In this document: positions 60,240 through 64,000 of the stretch, in pieces
Position numbering within the stretch: position 1 is the first letter of the stretch
How the letters are laid out: each line of letters begins with the position of its first letter
DNA from: Klebsormidium nitens
Taxonomy: Eukaryota; Plantae; Klebsormidiophyceae
Direction: 5' to 3'
Assembly: GCA_000708835.1 (NCBI GenBank)
Contig: DF237379.1
Coordinates: 1 to 64,000 of the forward strand
Length of the DNA stretch: 64,000 nucleotides
Notes under the pieces: generated by a model
Database searches by the model: none
The model's input: only the letters and a program-made list of their open reading frames with translations
What the model was told of the DNA's origin: nothing
Translations under genes and position numbers: made by a program

Positions 60240-61930
60240 GGCGAGTTGTCTTGACTTGAAGCAACTTAGCAAGGCCTAGGGCGACGTCATATTCTGGTAG
60301 ATAAATGACTGCAGGGACTCGGGTGGCACACTGGAACACGGCCCTACTTTGCTCAAGAAGATTCCTCACTGGAGTTCGTCATAGTGATGTATATTGAGGG
60401 TGAAATGTGTTGCGTCCAAGCAACAAGAAAGGCACCGCAAAAGAGGAAAGTCATCAAGCTGATGAGTCCTGGTCAGCAGAGCGTTCGCGCCTCACTATTG
60501 CTGACGCAGGCTGATTGGTAAATACAAATTCCTTCAAGCAGATCAGTTAAAACCGGCTTCATTGGTAAACCCAAATGCAAGTGGCAGTTCTCCTAGGAGC
60601 TCGAAAATAACCAGCGGAAGCAAGACCTGCCAAGGAGGATTGCAAACTAGGGGAGATCAGAAGTTAACCTTGCAATCTGTTCATTTGTTGGTGCGCAAAG
60701 GCCGACAAGGACCAGCGCTCAGAACCCGGGGGGGACTACATATTTTCCTCTGAGCATCCTGAAAGGCCTTTCCCAAAACTGAAAGCAATGAATGCACAGG
60801 CGAATCCTTGCTCCCCACTTACCAACAGCAACATGTTACCGCGTCATATTCAAGCGTCCAAAAGTCTCCTCCATCAGAATGTGGGACCACAGAGGATGAA
60901 TTTGGGATTGCTGAGGATTTCATGAAATGACAAAGAGGTATTACCAGGGAGGGACCTTCCTTCAAGGCTGCAAGTAACAAGCTCGAAGCAGGTTGCTCAG
61001 CACTTACCGGCTTGTCGGTTCTTGCTTGTGTGCCATGCACCCGGTTGCTGCAGGAAGCAAGCCCCCCCCGGGCACAGGTACTTGCTGACATGTCAACGCT
61101 TCACACTTCCGACTTTGCAAGCTGACTTTGGATACTACAAAGAAGTTTTCTCTCAGGTTGGCATAGGCCTTTCCACTCTCTACTGGGCTTAAGGAATTTC
61201 TGCAAAGTCCGAAAATCGCGAGTCGCTACTTGTCGAAGGGGTCTAATCCAAATCTGGGCACCCTTGGTTAATACACCTAAAAACGTCCTCTTTGATCAGC
61301 CCCTTTCAAATGCGCATAGCTCTTGGCCCGGCTTGCTCTTTCAGGCATTCTTGCTTCTCGATCACCTTTCTGATGGAGACAGCTGCAGTGCACAAATCTT
61401 CCGAAGCAACTGCCAGAGGACAGAGCGCGTTCTCGCCTTCTCTGCAAAGAAGCCACATTGAACTTGAAGACTGTTCAAATTCCAACATCCCCGCGCAAGC
61501 AAGTTCCTTTTCAACGGAAACTCGACACTAAACTTAGTTCCGAAGTCCCTGGCGGAGCAGCGGAGCAGCGGAGCAGGCGAGCACCTCTGTGCTAACAACA
61601 GATCTCCTCCTGACTGCAATTCTTTGTTCCGCTGAAACCAAACTTTGACCAAACGGAAACAGCTGGTGTCAAGCCACCTCTTCAAAAGGAAGGGCCCGAG
61701 GCTGAGCAACTCAGCAAGCTAGCGCATAGCCTTTAGCTGAGCAACCCAACGAGTACGGAACAAAAGAAGCAAACAACAAAAGCCTGCATGATGTGAAGGC
61801 GTTGTGAGACGCCTCCTGTTTCCCCTACCTTCAAAACTTACCAAATAGCCAGCAGCCAAATACAGGTACAACTTCTGATACAGCCCCGCTTGTCATCAGT
61901 TCTGACGTGGAGCATTAGCACGACAAGAAA

Positions 61931-62392
61931 ATGGCCACCACTAGTAGAAGGGACAACCCCCGGCGGCCGGGCCCAGGGGCCGGCAAGGGTCCCCAGGGTT
62001 TACCAAACCCGTTCAACCGGGGTTTTCAAAACCCTTTCAACCGGGGAAACAACGAGGGGGGAGGCAGGCTGCGAGCGAGCAGGAATGCCGTGAGGCAAGC
62101 GCTGCTCCGGGAAGGCAGGAGGAAAGGGGCGCTGGGGGCTGACGTGAGAGCAGTGGACGGCCAAGCGGACAGCGACTGGGGCGCCATGTTTGAGTTTGAC
62201 CCGGACCTTGTAGCTGCTTTTGACAAGAACATGAGAGTGAGTTCTCGTATGCAGACGAGTCTGTTGCGCAAGCGCTGTGCAAAGTGCAATGCCACACTGC
62301 TGGATACGGATGAATGGAAGTGCGGCGGCGCTGCTGGAGAACCGGTGGTGCTGTCCAACTTGGTGGTGTTGTTTTGCGGGAGCCCGGTTTGA
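61931..62392 (+). CDS. Unassigned ORF with a duplicated NPFNRG motif and a CxxC-containing segment; possibly a decayed Helitron Rep N-terminus
   Basis: 153 aa ORF with ATG. CAKCNATLLDTDEWKCGGAAGEPVVLSNL loosely fits the Helitron CxxCxA....E..CC..G.V.L..L pattern. Weak evidence. Confidence 0.3.
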   Translation: MATTSRRDNPRRPGPGAGKGPQGLPNPFNRGFQNPFNRGNNEGGGRLRASRNAVRQALLREGRRKGALGADVRAVDGQADSDWGAMFEFDPDLVAAFDKNMRVSSRMQTSLLRKRCAKCNATLLDTDEWKCGGAAGEPVVLSNLVVLFCGSPV

Positions 62393-62790
62393 GGAGCAAA
62401 ATTGTAGAGCTGGTCGCGCACTGGAGAATGAGTGCTTAGACACATGGTTTTCAATCTCGTTTTCTGCAAACAATCAGGTCTGGACGCTAGTTACCCGATG
62501 TGCTGTCAGCCTCAGTGGTGGGAGATGCATCATTGTTTCCTCCGCATCGCACAGTTTCTTCCCCTTGATTTTGGCCAGAACACAAAACCGTGTTTTGGGG
62601 ATGGGTTTTGGCAACCCGCACGCCCCATCATGGCCCCTTACAGACGGCGATTCCCTGTTTGTCCCATCGATTGGCAAGTAACTGTCGTACACATTGAATG
62701 TATGGGACTTTTCAAGTCTCTGCCGAGTGACCAGCGGATATTTCATTGTCCTACACGCGCTGGTGCTGTTTATTTTGGAAGTATCCTTGT

Positions 62791-63006
62791 TCATTCACTC
62801 TCCCAAGCCTTGTTTATTAGTTCCTCCAGCACATGATATATTAAAGCCTTTTGCCTCCATTTCAGTTCTTCAAGCACATGTTCAGCGTTGACAACGTCCT
62901 GGCACCTCTGCCTACCCCCCTCCGACGGAGCCTCTCTCGTAACTTCGGCCTTTTCACGAGGGTCTTCACTCAGTTCGTAGGTAAGTCCCACTACTTCGTA
63001 CACGTC
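62791..63006 (-). CDS. Possible terminal exon of a minus-strand gene entering from beyond the window
   Basis: cttag acceptor followed by a charged helical-looking frame (VYEVVG...LEELKWRQKALIYHVLEELINKAWESE*). No family recognised. Confidence 0.3.
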   Translation of the reverse strand, partial: DVYEVVGLTYELSEDPREKAEVTREAPSEGGRQRCQDVVNAEHVLEELKWRQKALIYHVLEELINKAWESE

Positions 63007-64000
63007 TAAGAAGATGCATCTCAAGTTTTGAGTCTGTTATGCTTCAAAGCAGAGAGGGTGGAGAGCAGTAGCCTTTGCCCCGTTCCCTCAAGACAGTAGC
63101 TCCGGCAAGCGCCCACTACTTTACATCCAAGATTCTGAAGACAATGACTTTAATCTCGTATGTAAGACAGAGTGTACCGGTTTGATTTCTATTATGCACT
63201 GGTTCGCTTAGCTTGAGTCTCTGGCGGCATCAGCGCCGCCACAAAATTGTTTGCGGTGGCATTCTCATAACACACCCAGCGACCCTGATCAATCCCACCG
63301 AAAGTTGGATTCAAAAACGATGAGCAGGCCATCCAGTATCGGTACAGCGACCTGTTTATCGGATACCTAGTGGAACTCTCTGCTCGACACTCGACGGATT
63401 AGCTGTTAGCGAGGTTTATTCCATTATGAGAACTGGCTGCGGGAAGAGGATGACCGTTGTATCAGGTCTGGTCTTTCAGAAAGCTTTTACTGGGCTAGAA
63501 GGGACTTTGAATCTTCTGACGACCGAAATGCACCTTTGACTTGTTAGACTCAGCGTGGGGCTTTGCAAGAGGAAATCAGACGTTGCTATAAACTCTGCCA
63601 AACGCATTTGGTTCTGATGACGGTAGTTAGTGAGGACTCCGCATCACGATTGAAGCTTTGGAGAACTTGACTATGACCTTGACTGAAAGTCTCGGTGACA
63701 AATTTCTTTCATCCTCATTATCCTTTGGTGGTTGAGAGTGGTCTCGTCTGCTTTTCGCTAACACCTGAACCCGACCTCTACGTACTTTGGGCGTACTGAT
63801 TTGGAACTCTCCCGGGGTCTGCCCGCGTTCGTTTTATCTGGTCACGTCTGATGGCGACAACACCATGTTGAAATATAGTCATCGTTAGCCTGGTTATCAA
63901 GACCCGAGTCGTCTTGAGACTCAAAAAGCATCAGCAGGCTTACCAACGGGTCCGACTCGGTGCTTTCTCGGACAGGTTTGACGAGCACCCGTTCGAGTTT

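Noticed and set aside
63952-63967. ccgactcggtgctttc resembling the 3' hairpin of a Cas9 tracrRNA scaffold
   Set aside because: Only a short partial match, the rest of the scaffold is absent, and the context is eukaryotic; coincidence.

Overview
Eukaryotic, intron-rich, GC-rich nuclear DNA from a plastid-bearing lineage. Plastid MinE, plastid FAD6, an EG16-type GH16 and the intron style fit a streptophyte green alga such as Klebsormidium; the taxon is inference. Left to right: (1) an apparently intact DIRS-type tyrosine-recombinase retrotransposon on the minus strand (gag, RT/RNase H/MTase-like, YR) whose ORFs are each preceded by splice-acceptor-like pyrimidine tracts; (2) a hairpin, GACC and telomere-like repeat block; (3) a ~9.5 kb decayed tandem array of about six copies of an unidentified plus-strand gene; (4) an 8-exon EG16/GH16 endoglucanase missed by the ORF track, with a GC-AG intron splitting the catalytic motif; (5) a TTAA-flanked foldback MITE spanning the N gap; (6) a ~1,930 aa coiled-coil gene with only phase-0 introns, which carry degenerate copies of adjacent exon ends and an rps14 fragment; (7) a 2OG-Fe(II) oxygenase with two in-frame exons encoding a SWIM-type zinc finger, plus a group II intron maturase HNH fragment in one intron; (8) ordinary genes: an HhH-motif protein, FAD6, cytosolic HSP70 and MinE. 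All exon models were assembled by hand from splice consensus and frame arithmetic. No database search was run.
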